The notes beneath the pieces were generated by a model. That model saw only the letters and a program-made list of their open reading frames with translations. It was not told the origin of the DNA and did not search any database. The position numbers and the translations under genes were made by a program. Shown here in pieces: positions 28,517 through 37,027 of a stretch of 51,313 nucleotides of DNA. Source of the DNA: Actinomycetes bacterium (lineage in GTDB: Bacteria; Actinomycetota; Acidimicrobiia; Acidimicrobiales; Palsa-688); NCBI GenBank assembly GCA_021809885.1, contig JAJZJY010000001.1, positions 1 to 51,313 of the forward strand. Reading direction: 5' to 3'. Positions within the stretch are counted from its first letter, which is position 1. The number at the start of each line of letters is the position of its first letter.

Positions 28517-29782
28517 TCAGACCCTCAGGTACATGCCTGGGGCCCATGGGCGGTCGGGGACGGCAGGCGGGGTGGACGGGGCGCCGGGGGGCGATGAGCG
28601 GACTGGGACGGGCGAAGACCGGCCCTGCGCTGCGGGTCCCTGCCCGCTGCGTCCCATGTCCGAGCCCCCCGAGCTCGACACGGTGACACTGCCCCCGACG
28701 GCGGTGCCTATCGCTGACTGCGATGCCTTCAAGGCGCTTGCGCCGTCCAGGGTCGCCGCCAGGAGATGGACCGAAACAGCACCCCCTCGCAAGGTGACGA
28801 GGGCCTCCACCTGACCTAGCTCAGGTGGTGTCAGCGTTACGTTCATCGACCAGGTCCCGTCCTGGTTGCGCCCTGCTGTCGCCAAGGCAGCCGACAAGTG
28901 GTCGGCGAGAGCGTGGGCGGGCGAGGAGGCTAAGGGCGATGCCGCCTGGGCGGTCCCTGGCACGGCAAGGACTGAGCCACTCGAGGGGGGCGGCGACCCC
29001 AACGCCGAGAGCGTGACGGACGACGACCCCGGACGAGCATCTTCCTGTTGGGAGGTGGGAGCCACGGCCGAGTGGCGGCTGACGGCATCCGCCATCTTGA
29101 TCTCGGGTGCCACGGCAAGATGATCGGGCGTTACCGCCGCACCGGCCGTGGCACCGGATGTCGACCCGGCACCGGCAGGCGCTTCGGCATCTGAGCGTGC
29201 TGCGACCGCCGGCTTCGCCGATGCCGACAACGGCTCCGTGAAGCGTGCCGACGCGGTGGTGCCCGTGGGGCGACCAGACGGCGCGGCTCGCCCCCCGGTG
29301 GCTGCTGCGGTGACGACGGCCGTCGGTCCCCCGCCCGCAACCGGTGGCTGGGTGGTACCGGGAGATTCGGTCACACCTGGAGACTCGGCGTTGGTCGCGG
29401 GTGTGGCGTTGGTCGCGGGTGTGGCGTTGGTCGCGGGTGTGGCGTTGGTCGCGGGTGTGGCGTTGGTCGCGGGTGTGGCGTTGGCGTGACCGGGGTTGGC
29501 CGTGCCGATCGCCACGACCTTGCCTGGAGGAGGAAGGGGCGCTCCATCACCTGGGAGCGGTCGCGGAGGACAGGCGCCGCGACCGACCTTGGGGGAGTGA
29601 TTCGCCGCCGTCGACGGCGAGGGCCCCGTGGCCGTCTCGGGAGAAAGGCCGCCATGTGACGCGGCGGGTGCAGCGGCGAGGGCCCCGAGGATGGCAGCGA
29701 AGCGTCCCGGACGGTGCCGGGCGGCAGGGGACCTCGGGGATGCATGGGGTGAAGCGGCTGGGCCCGCGGGAGCCACTGCCAT
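28517..29782 (-). CDS. fliK: Hook-length control protein FliK
   Basis: 421 aa. Low-complexity Pro/Ala/Thr-rich ruler region and a C-terminal Flg_hook-like domain (LTPPELGQVEALVTLRGGAVSVHLLA). Lies upstream of flgD. Its ATG overlaps the TAA of the upstream gene by 1 nt. Confidence 0.7.
   Translation of the reverse strand: MAVAPAGPAASPHASPRSPAARHRPGRFAAILGALAAAPAASHGGLSPETATGPSPSTAANHSPKVGRGACPPRPLPGDGAPLPPPGKVVAIGTANPGHANATPATNATPATNATPATNATPATNATPATNAESPGVTESPGTTQPPVAGGGPTAVVTAAATGGRAAPSGRPTGTTASARFTEPLSASAKPAVAARSDAEAPAGAGSTSGATAGAAVTPDHLAVAPEIKMADAVSRHSAVAPTSQQEDARPGSSSVTLSALGSPPPSSGSVLAVPGTAQAASPLASSPAHALADHLSAALATAGRNQDGTWSMNVTLTPPELGQVEALVTLRGGAVSVHLLAATLDGASALKASQSAIGTAVGGSVTVSSSGGSDMGRSGQGPAAQGRSSPVPVRSSPPGAPSTPPAVPDRPWAPGMYLRV
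29388..29484 (-). repeat. Five perfect 18-bp tandem repeats (plus 7-nt partial) inside fliK, encoding (ATPATN)x5
   Basis: Plus-strand unit gcgttggtcgcgggtgtg at 29388-29405, 29406-29423, 29424-29441, 29442-29459 and 29460-29477, then gcgttgg. In frame; translated as NATPATNATPATNATPATNATPATNATPATNA. Confidence 0.95.
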
Positions 29783-30897
29783 TATGCGCCTCCCATCAAC
29801 GAGAGCACCTTGCTGACATACGCCTGGGTCTGGGGATAGGGAGGGATGCCCCCGTATCGGGTGACGGCTCCCGGGCCGGCGTTGTAAGCGGCGAGAGCGA
29901 GGGGAAGGCTTCCAAAGTCAGCCAGGTAGCCGGAGAGGATCTTGGCGGCAGCCGGGATCGCCTGGGCGGGGTCGAGGGGGTTCACTCCTGCCGCTGCCGC
30001 CGTGGAAGGCATCAGCTGCATGAGCCCCTCTGCCCCTGCCGGGCTCACCGCCTGTGAGCTCATCCCGCTCTCAACGGTGGCGACAGCCTGGAGCAGACCC
30101 GGGGGAAGGCCGTAGGTAGCAGTCGCCTGGGCGAAGATCCCTGACAACGACCCTCCTGCGCCGGGCGGAGACGTGAAAGCCGCGGTCACCGGCTCGGGGG
30201 GGACGATCTGGCGGATAGTGGTCGGCACCCCGGCGGCAGAGACCGAGTCGACCCTGACGTCCGCGCCGGTGTAAGGGGCGTCGATCATCTTCCCGCCTCC
30301 GATGTAGATGCCCACATGCCCGTTGGCACCGTCGGCTGGGGAGTTGAAGATCAGCAGGTCGCCTGGGGTCGCCTGGGAGAGGCTCGCGACGGGGATACCG
30401 ACATTGGCCTGCTCCTGACTGGTCCGAGGTAGTGAGATCCCGAGCTGTCCGTACACATACTGGACGAGTCCGGAGCAATCGAATCCGGTGGAGGGACTCG
30501 CACCTCCCCATACATATGGGACTCCCAGGTAGCGCTGCGCGGTGGAGACCACCTCCGCCCCGGAAGGTCCGGCCGGGACAGGCGCGGTGGCGAGCACGGC
30601 CGGGAGGGGCGATACGAGCCCACTCAGGGAGCCGATCGCAGCGTTGCCGCTCGGATAGACCGCAGAGGGCACCGATCCGGCCCCCGCGCTCGGAGCGGGG
30701 GACCCGAGTAGAAGCCCGGCGAGGGAGCCGCTGGAGGCGAGCGACGCTGCCGACGCTGTTGACGTCGGGCTGGAGACCGAAGTGGCCGTGACGCCGCCGG
30801 AAGCGGCGAAGAGCATCGCCTGGAAGCCCCCGTCGATGGCGGAGCGGATGCTCGCCACCTGGGCGAGGGTCTGGGTCATACCGACAGGCTCAACCAC
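29782..30897 (-). CDS. Bifunctional peptidoglycan hydrolase: NlpC/P60 endopeptidase + SLT lytic transglycosylase
   Basis: NlpC/P60: YLGVPYVWGGASPSTGFDCSGLVQYVY...GHVGIYIGGGKMIDAP. SLT: ATVESGMS...AEGLMQLMPSTA...AYNAGPGAV. Start is either GTG 30897 (8-nt overlap with fliJ) or ATG 30879. Confidence 0.85.
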   Translation of the reverse strand: MVEPVGMTQTLAQVASIRSAIDGGFQAMLFAASGGVTATSVSSPTSTASAASLASSGSLAGLLLGSPAPSAGAGSVPSAVYPSGNAAIGSLSGLVSPLPAVLATAPVPAGPSGAEVVSTAQRYLGVPYVWGGASPSTGFDCSGLVQYVYGQLGISLPRTSQEQANVGIPVASLSQATPGDLLIFNSPADGANGHVGIYIGGGKMIDAPYTGADVRVDSVSAAGVPTTIRQIVPPEPVTAAFTSPPGAGGSLSGIFAQATATYGLPPGLLQAVATVESGMSSQAVSPAGAEGLMQLMPSTAAAAGVNPLDPAQAIPAAAKILSGYLADFGSLPLALAAYNAGPGAVTRYGGIPPYPQTQAYVSKVLSLMGGA

Positions 30898-31312
30898 GGC
30901 GGCGCCCCCGTCGCCAAGCCACGATCGCTATCTCGTCGAGGTTCCCCTGTTCGCGCCTGGAGGCTCGGGCACGGAGACGGGCGTCTGCGCGATCGGCGAG
31001 GCGCGCCACCGAGCGGAGTGAGACCGCAGCGTCCCACCACACGATACGGGCCGTCGCCTCTTGGCTCCGAGCGAGCTCGACCCTGGACATACCGGCACCG
31101 ACCGACGCCCATCCGAGGCGTTCGGTCGCGATCCCACGTCGCAGTGACTCGGAGTCGAGCTCGCCGAGGGCCAGAGGGGCCGGGGGCGACGGCATCGTCG
31201 CCACGGCGTCCCCGACGGCGTCGACCGAGGTTGCCAGGCGGTAGCGGGAGCTCGTCTCCTCGGCGCGACGCAACGACTCCAGGCGTCGGAGACGTGTCTT
31301 CGAGCGCCTCAT
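30890..31312 (-). CDS. fliJ: Flagellar export chaperone/stalk protein FliJ (putative)
   Basis: 140 aa Arg-rich coiled-coil directly after fliI. The C-terminal RREQGNLDEIA resembles the FliJ tail. ATGA overlap with the fliI stop. Confidence 0.55.
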   Translation of the reverse strand: MRRSKTRLRRLESLRRAEETSSRYRLATSVDAVGDAVATMPSPPAPLALGELDSESLRRGIATERLGWASVGAGMSRVELARSQEATARIVWWDAAVSLRSVARLADRADARLRARASRREQGNLDEIAIVAWRRGRRRG

Positions 31313-32655
31313 ACCGCACCGCCGACGAGGTGGGGGATCGGGTCGGCTGCGGCAGTCTGTCCACTGACCGCTTCGCTCAGGCGGTCCCATGCCTGGTTGA
31401 CATCGACGATCTCGTCGCTGCGCTGTGCGAGAGCGGCTCGCAGCGGACCTCTGGCAGCGATCGCCTCGTCGATGTCGGAGGACGTGCCTGCCCGGTAGGC
31501 GCCCACCTCGATCAGGTCTTTCGCCTCGCCGTAGACCGCCAGGAGGCGCCGCGCGCGGGTCGCGACCCGGCGCTGGGGCTCGGTGACGAGACGGTCGGCC
31601 AGTCGGGACACCGACGCGAGCACATCGATGGCAGGGAACTCACCCATCTGGGCGATATGGCGCGACAGCACCACATGCCCGTCGAGGACCGAGCGTGCCG
31701 CGTCAGCGATCGGCTCGTCCATGTCGTCTCCTTCGACGAGAACCGTGTAGAGCCCGGTGATGCTCCCCTGTTCCGACCCGCCCGCGCGCTCGAGGAGCGC
31801 GGCGAGCAAGGAGAACACTGACGGCGGGTACCCACGGGTGGCGGGCGGCTCGCCGGCAGCCAGGCCGACCTCCCTCTGTGCCATGGCGAAACGGGTGAGG
31901 CTGTCGGTAAGAAGCATCACGTCACGGCCCTGGTCCCTGAAGCCCTCGGCTATCCGGGTCGCAACGAAGGCGGCCTGCACGCGGACCATCGCCGGCTGGT
32001 CGGACGTGGCCACTACTACAACAGAGCTGGAGAGCCCGGCCCCAAGGCGCTCCCTTACGAACTCCTCGGCCTCCCTGCCTCGTTCCCCGACCAGCGCGAT
32101 GACCGAGCATTCGGCCGCCGTCCCTCGCGCGAGCATGCCCAGCAGGGTCGACTTGCCCACGCCTGACCCGGCGAAGATGCCGAGACGTTGGCCGCGCCCG
32201 CAGGCGAGCAGGGTATCGAGGGTCTTGACCCCGAAAACGAGCTGCTCGGAGACGGGGCGGCGCGTGAGAGGTGCCGGTGCGGTGGCCGCGAGGGGGATCC
32301 TCGGGGTCCCCGCTGGCAGCGGTAGACCGTCGATGGGGCGTCCGAGCCCGTCGAGCACTCGTCCGAACAGCCCGTCGCCTACGGGCACGGTGAGGCCGCC
32401 CGGCGATACGGTGGCCCGCTGCCCGTAGCGGATCCCCTCGGGACGGCCGAGCGGAAGGCAGACGAGGGTCTCAGCTTCGATGGCTACCACCTCCGATGGG
32501 AGCTCCCGGCCGTCGACGTCGACGGTGACCAGGTCTCCTATCGCGGCGACGACACCTTCCACCTCGATGCGCAGGCCGACAGAGCTCTTCACCCGCCCGG
32601 AGCGTTCCGGGACCGCCGCTGACCGAGCCGCTCGGAGGAGGTCGGCTGGGATCAT
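31309..32655 (-). CDS. fliI: Flagellum-specific ATPase FliI
   Basis: 448 aa. Walker A GSGVGKST, Walker B VMLLTDS, F1/T3SS ATPase family. ATG 32655 gives an ATGA overlap with the fliH stop. Confidence 0.95.
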   Translation of the reverse strand: MIPADLLRAARSAAVPERSGRVKSSVGLRIEVEGVVAAIGDLVTVDVDGRELPSEVVAIEAETLVCLPLGRPEGIRYGQRATVSPGGLTVPVGDGLFGRVLDGLGRPIDGLPLPAGTPRIPLAATAPAPLTRRPVSEQLVFGVKTLDTLLACGRGQRLGIFAGSGVGKSTLLGMLARGTAAECSVIALVGERGREAEEFVRERLGAGLSSSVVVVATSDQPAMVRVQAAFVATRIAEGFRDQGRDVMLLTDSLTRFAMAQREVGLAAGEPPATRGYPPSVFSLLAALLERAGGSEQGSITGLYTVLVEGDDMDEPIADAARSVLDGHVVLSRHIAQMGEFPAIDVLASVSRLADRLVTEPQRRVATRARRLLAVYGEAKDLIEVGAYRAGTSSDIDEAIAARGPLRAALAQRSDEIVDVNQAWDRLSEAVSGQTAAADPIPHLVGGAV

Positions 32656-33218
32656 GGTGTCGCCTCCACCAAAGCCCGGCGCAGGCGCGAGATGGCGGGA
32701 CCGCGCTGGGCGTCGATCCGGGTGGCTCCGACCTCCACGACACACCCGCCACGCTCTATCGACGGGTCCGCTACCAGCTTCGCCTCGACAGGAAGGCCGT
32801 CGACGGTTTCATAGTCGTCGGGGTGGAGGCGAAGGGTCGCCACGTCCCCCTCTGGGGCCAAGGCGAGAGCGGAGCGCACCAGTTCCGGGGAGACCGTGTC
32901 GGGGACGTGGCCGGCGAGCGCTGAGACCAGCTCGAAGGCGAGTGCCACGACGTCTCCTGTCTCGATGGAGGTCGCACGCTCCCTTGCCCGGGAGAGCTCG
33001 GAGATGGCCACGACGAGTGCGGCGGTCGCACGCTCCAGGCTCTCCCGGGCTTGAACCAGCTCGGCTGCTGGGCCGGCCAACGTCTCCTCGGCACCCGCGG
33101 CGACCCCGGCACGGTAGGCGTCTGACTCCGCCGAAACCGCCGATGCGGGCGCCGGAGGGGCGAGAGCGCTCACGGAGCCAGGAGCCACGACGCGCACCGC
33201 CGGGTTAGGTGAGAACAT
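32652..33218 (-). CDS. fliH: Flagellar assembly protein FliH
   Basis: 188 aa. FliH-like C-terminus (RGGCVVEVGATRIDAQ), located between fliG and fliI. Confidence 0.75.
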   Translation of the reverse strand: MFSPNPAVRVVAPGSVSALAPPAPASAVSAESDAYRAGVAAGAEETLAGPAAELVQARESLERATAALVVAISELSRARERATSIETGDVVALAFELVSALAGHVPDTVSPELVRSALALAPEGDVATLRLHPDDYETVDGLPVEAKLVADPSIERGGCVVEVGATRIDAQRGPAISRLRRALVEATP

Positions 33219-34206
33219 CGTCGCCTGCCCTGATAACGACGATCTCCCCTGCCGCCTCCATCTCTCTCACGCTGCGTGCTATGTCCATCTGGGCGCCTTC
33301 CACCTCGATCGTTCTGACGGTCCCGAGGTAACCGATCTCGTCGACGAGATCCTTCGCTCCTCCCTCCGAGAGGTTCCGGATGAACACTTGCTGGGTCTCT
33401 TCCGGAGAGCCCTTCAAGGCGAGGGCGAGAGTCTTCGGCTGGATGGAGCGAACGACCTTCTGCAACGTGCGGTCGTCGAGACCGAGCACATCGTCGAACG
33501 TGAACAGGCGCCTGCGGATCTCCTCGGCAAGATCAGCATCGAGCTTCTCGATCTCACCAAGGACCTGGCGTTCGACGGCCCGGTCCGAACGGTTCAATAT
33601 CGCAGCCAGGGCGGCGGCCCCGCCGCCGAGTCCCGTCTCGGGGAACACTGTCACGTCGAGGAGCTGGCCGCTCATCGAAGCGGTGATCGCAGCAAGGGAG
33701 TCCGGCGGGACCTTTCCAATCGTGCCGACTCGCAACGCCACGTCGGCTCGCCTCGTGTCGTCCATGGCTCCGAGCACCGAGGCGGCCATGTCGGCGGGGA
33801 GATGGGCGACGACCACCGCCGCGCTCTGGGGGTGCTCCTCGGCGAGGAACGCGGCGATCTGAGCAGGGTCGAGCCCGGAGAGGAAGGCCAGGGGGCGTGA
33901 TCCACGGTTGCCGAGGAGCGCCTCCATCTCCTCCTCCGCGCGCGCCGCCCCCATCCGCTCGCGAAGGATGCGCCTCGCGACCTCGACGCCGCCCTGGTTC
34001 ACCGTGGATACCACCTGCACGCGTTCCATGAACTCGCCCATCACCTCGCTCACCGAGGTGGGCTCCAGCTCGGACATCTCGGCGATGACCCGAGAGATCC
34101 GGGAGACTTCCGATTCGCTCAGCTCCTTGAGGACAGCCGACGCCACCGGAGGCGGCATTTGCATGACGACGATGGCGGCTTTCTCCGACCCGCTCAGCTC
34201 GCTCAT
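33205..34206 (-). CDS. fliG: Flagellar motor switch protein FliG
   Basis: 333 aa. LSGSEKAAIVVMQM N-terminus and a C-terminal torque helix region (RNLSEGGAKDLVDEI). Canonical FliG. Confidence 0.92.
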   Translation of the reverse strand: MSELSGSEKAAIVVMQMPPPVASAVLKELSESEVSRISRVIAEMSELEPTSVSEVMGEFMERVQVVSTVNQGGVEVARRILRERMGAARAEEEMEALLGNRGSRPLAFLSGLDPAQIAAFLAEEHPQSAAVVVAHLPADMAASVLGAMDDTRRADVALRVGTIGKVPPDSLAAITASMSGQLLDVTVFPETGLGGGAAALAAILNRSDRAVERQVLGEIEKLDADLAEEIRRRLFTFDDVLGLDDRTLQKVVRSIQPKTLALALKGSPEETQQVFIRNLSEGGAKDLVDEIGYLGTVRTIEVEGAQMDIARSVREMEAAGEIVVIRAGDDVLT

Positions 34207-35783
34207 CGCGCCGCCTTCGATCTCGGCTCGGCAAGCCAGCCGGACAGCACCCTCGACGCCACGTCAGGACGGGATGCCATCTCCTCGACTGGATCGGGGG
34301 CGAGCGCCGACACCGGCAAGGTCGCCGGTGCCGGCGCCCCGAGCATCCCGGCAGGGTCACGGGTCGGCAGGGCGTTGCCTGCGGCCGGGGTCGCCACCTT
34401 GCCTCTCGACTTGCGCCACAGGATCAGCAGCGCAACGACGATGGCGATGCCTACGACCCCGTCTTTGATCATCGCCACGAGGCTCGCCTTGGCCTTCGCA
34501 GCAGCAGCTGCCGCCGCGGTCGCAACAGCGGACTTGGACGCGGCGTTCGAGAAGGGAACCGAGACCACCGACAGCGTGTCTCCCCGTGCTGGAACGATCC
34601 CCGCCGCGGCAGAGACCGCTCGGCGTAGCGAGGCAAGCGTCACGCCCTTGGGGAGGCTGTCGACCACCGCTGACACCGACAGCAAGCTCACCTGGCCTGG
34701 CGGCTGGACGGTGGTGGTGTTCACCTCGCCGGTCTCGTAGCTGGTGGAGGTCGAAGTCTTGGTGTACGTGGACTTCCCACCGACGGCGGTGACGGTGTTG
34801 GTGCCGAGCACTCCGCCGGGAACAGCCCCGGCGCCTGCGAAGGTCTCCTTGGTCTTGGTGACCGAGGTTGGTGCCTGGAGCGGCTTGGCGGTCTTTGGGA
34901 CCACAGCAATCGCGTGGGCAACGGTGCTGGTGCTTGCAGACGACAGGGTGGCCGAGACACGCACCTCGGCGTTCCCTTGACCTACAACCTGGTCGAGCAT
35001 CGAGGTGATCGACGCCTCGGCTGCCACGTCGTAAGCCTGGGCCTGGCTCAAGGTGGCCGCAGCCCCGGTCTGTGCGCCCGGGCCGGACAGCAAGGTCCCG
35101 CTTCCGTCGACCACGGTGACGCCGGCAGACGTGAGGTTCGGCACCGCCGACGCCACGAGATGGCTGATCGCAGCAACCTGCCCGGAGCTGAGCGACGCCC
35201 CGGGGGACAGGTCGACCATCACCGAGGCCGAGGGGTTCTGTGCGTTGCCGAGAGCGAACGCAGACTGCGATGGCATCACGATCGCCACCCTCGAGCCGCT
35301 GACCCCCTGTATCGAGTCGATGGTCGTCGCGAGCTCGTCTTGGATGGCCCGCTGGTAGTCGGCCTGCTGGGTGAGCTGCGAGGTGGTGATTCCCGTGGTC
35401 GAAAGGAGCGACAGCCCCGCTCCGGTCCCCGACTGGGGGAGCCCGGCCGCTGCCATCGCAAGGCGCTGCGCGTTGACGTCGGCAGCTGGCACCTCGACCG
35501 TGGAGCCGCCGTCGACCAGCTGGTATGGCACTCCCGACGAGTGCAGCCTCGCGGTGATGGATGCCGCGTCCCTCGCCTGCAGCCCGGTGAAGAGTGGCTG
35601 GTAGCTCGGCGACGAGGAGAAGCCGACGAAGACGATCACCCCGACGAGCAGAGCGACGCCGGCGACTGCTGTGACGGTCTTCTGCCCGGTCGTGAAACCC
35701 GACCAGAAGCGCCGCCAGCCGTCCTGGGCTCTCGTGGCGGCCCGCGTCGCTCCTTGACGCGGGTCGTAGCTGACGATCGCCAC
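34203..35783 (-). CDS. fliF: Flagellar MS-ring protein FliF
   Basis: 526 aa. TM plus YQPLFTGLQARDAASITARLHSSGVPYQL and a C-terminal TM plus FliG-binding tail. GTG 35783 is 2 nt after the fliE stop. ORF 34203..36515 is an over-extension. Confidence 0.9.
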   Translation of the reverse strand: MAIVSYDPRQGATRAATRAQDGWRRFWSGFTTGQKTVTAVAGVALLVGVIVFVGFSSSPSYQPLFTGLQARDAASITARLHSSGVPYQLVDGGSTVEVPAADVNAQRLAMAAAGLPQSGTGAGLSLLSTTGITTSQLTQQADYQRAIQDELATTIDSIQGVSGSRVAIVMPSQSAFALGNAQNPSASVMVDLSPGASLSSGQVAAISHLVASAVPNLTSAGVTVVDGSGTLLSGPGAQTGAAATLSQAQAYDVAAEASITSMLDQVVGQGNAEVRVSATLSSASTSTVAHAIAVVPKTAKPLQAPTSVTKTKETFAGAGAVPGGVLGTNTVTAVGGKSTYTKTSTSTSYETGEVNTTTVQPPGQVSLLSVSAVVDSLPKGVTLASLRRAVSAAAGIVPARGDTLSVVSVPFSNAASKSAVATAAAAAAAKAKASLVAMIKDGVVGIAIVVALLILWRKSRGKVATPAAGNALPTRDPAGMLGAPAPATLPVSALAPDPVEEMASRPDVASRVLSGWLAEPRSKAAR

Positions 35784-35785
35784 CT

Positions 35786-36094
35786 CTATATCGCCATTAC
35801 CTGGTTGAACGAGGTGACGGCAGCGTTCGCGATGGCGACTGTCAGCTGGGTGCCCAGCTCGGCTGTGGTGGACGCGATCATCGCCGCCGAGAGGCTGGTG
35901 GTCCCCACCGCGACCCCCAGAGCCGACTTCTGGGCTGCGACCTGAGAGGACTGGAGGGACGTGACCGCATCGCCCAAGGCTGTCGCGAAGCCACCAGGCG
36001 ACGCCGCTGACGCCTGCCCTTGGCCAGCGGACACCCCTTTCAGGGCGGAGGGGCCGGGCTGGGTGGGGGGAGTGGGGGGGATCGGGGGGATCAC
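35786..36094 (-). CDS. fliE: Flagellar hook-basal body protein FliE
   Basis: 102 aa with a FliE-like C-terminus (ELGTQLTVAIANAAVTSFNQVMAI), after flgC. Confidence 0.8.
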   Translation of the reverse strand: MIPPIPPTPPTQPGPSALKGVSAGQGQASAASPGGFATALGDAVTSLQSSQVAAQKSALGVAVGTTSLSAAMIASTTAELGTQLTVAIANAAVTSFNQVMAI

Positions 36095-36100
36095 GGTCCG

Positions 36101-36490
36101 TTAGCTCCCAATGGTCAAGACGGACTGATATGCGGCAGTTGCGTCTTTGATGACGGCAGCGTTCGCCTGGTATTCCGACTGGGCGGTGGTCAAGGCCACC
36201 ATCTCGGTAGCCATGCTCACTGCGGGTCTCGCCACATATCCCGCCGCGTCGGCCAGCGGGTTGGTCGGGTCGTATGCAAGAATACCTTTGGCAGATCCGA
36301 GCGCGATGGCGACAGCCCCCACCCCGCCTGTTGCGGAAGGCTGGGCCGCTACGTACTGGGCTTGGTACACCGGCTTGCCCGGCGTGGTCACGTCCGAGGC
36401 GTTCGCCACGTTGCCGCCGATCGTATCGAGCCAGAGCTGGTCGACGTTCATCCCCGAGGTGGCGATCGACAGGGTCGGGAAAAGGCTCAC
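36101..36490 (-). CDS. flgC: Flagellar proximal rod protein FlgC
   Basis: 129 aa. SIATSGMNVDQLWLDTIGGNVANA N-terminus and C-terminal EMVALTTAQSEYQANAAVIK. GTGA overlap with the flgB stop. Confidence 0.9.
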   Translation of the reverse strand: MSLFPTLSIATSGMNVDQLWLDTIGGNVANASDVTTPGKPVYQAQYVAAQPSATGGVGAVAIALGSAKGILAYDPTNPLADAAGYVARPAVSMATEMVALTTAQSEYQANAAVIKDATAAYQSVLTIGS

Positions 36491-36831
36491 TGAAAGCCAC
36501 CCCCCATGGAGCCACGCAGGATACGGAACTGGATGTTCAACGCGTTCACGACCGCTTGGGCCTGGAGGTCGTTGGACGACAGCTTCGACAGCTCCTGGGT
36601 GAGATCCACGTTGTTGCCGTTGGGCCCCGCCGGTGCGGCCGACAGTCCCGCTGCCGGCGTGACTGTCGAAGGAGCCGACGACCCGAGAGCAGCGCGCAGC
36701 GAGCTCTCGAAAGAGTAGGTCCTCGATACATATCCTGGCGTCTGGTCGTTGGCGATGTTGCCGGCGAGCACCTGGCGCTGCGCGCTGAGCGCGCTGAGCG
36801 CATAGCCGAGCACGTCGATGGTCGAGCTCAT
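36487..36831 (-). CDS. flgB: Flagellar proximal rod protein FlgB
   Basis: 114 aa. LSAQRQVLAGNIANDQTPGY N-terminal rod motif. There is no Shine-Dalgarno in the 15 nt upstream. The ATG forms an ATGA overlap with the small-ORF stop. Confidence 0.88.
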   Translation of the reverse strand: MSSTIDVLGYALSALSAQRQVLAGNIANDQTPGYVSRTYSFESSLRAALGSSAPSTVTPAAGLSAAPAGPNGNNVDLTQELSKLSSNDLQAQAVVNALNIQFRILRGSMGGGFQ

Positions 36832-36920
36832 CGGAGACGCGGACCAACGGAGACCCGGCAGTTGAGGACCGGGGGGAGGAGGGCCGCCATGTTCTCGTGA
36901 CGGTGGCGGGCGTCATGCAT
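36828..36920 (-). CDS. Leader small ORF (30 codons) coupled to flgB; part of a conserved leader element (copy A)
   Basis: Strong RBS: AGAAGGAGA, then 8 nt, then ATG at 36920. Encodes MHDARHRHENMAALLPPVLNCRVSVGPRLR. The TGA overlaps the flgB ATG (ATGA). Paralogous to 39678-39836. Confidence 0.4.
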   Translation of the reverse strand: MHDARHRHENMAALLPPVLNCRVSVGPRLR

Positions 36921-36997
36921 CGTGGTGGTCTCCTTCTGTTGTGTGGACCAGCCCCCATCCGAAGCTCGCTGGACCAGCTGATGTCTGACCAGATCCT

Positions 36998-37027
36998 CTA
37001 TCGGCAACCCAACCACCTCATGCTGAG
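36998..37027 (-). promoter_or_regulatory. Sigma-28-type promoter, CTCA-N18-GCCGATAG, for the flgB leader/operon
   Basis: Minus strand reads CTCA (37027-37024), N18, GCCGATAG (37005-36998). The -35 region overlaps the stop codon of the upstream sigma-like gene. Confidence 0.55.

Noticed and set aside
29388-29484. The 18-bp perfect repeats were considered as a possible CRISPR array or other non-coding repeat.
   Set aside because: The repeats are contiguous with no spacers, are in frame, and lie inside the fliK reading frame. This is a coding tandem repeat.
36874-36960. The conserved leader was considered as a c-di-GMP (GEMM) or other known riboswitch, because one copy precedes an EAL gene.
   Set aside because: I cannot match it to the GEMM-I or GEMM-II consensus as I remember them. 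The 7-bp stem in copy B (GACCGCA/UGCGGUC) is not preserved in copy A, and I found only one possibly covarying pair. The substitution pattern fits a conserved reading frame better. RNA structure is not excluded without a covariance analysis.
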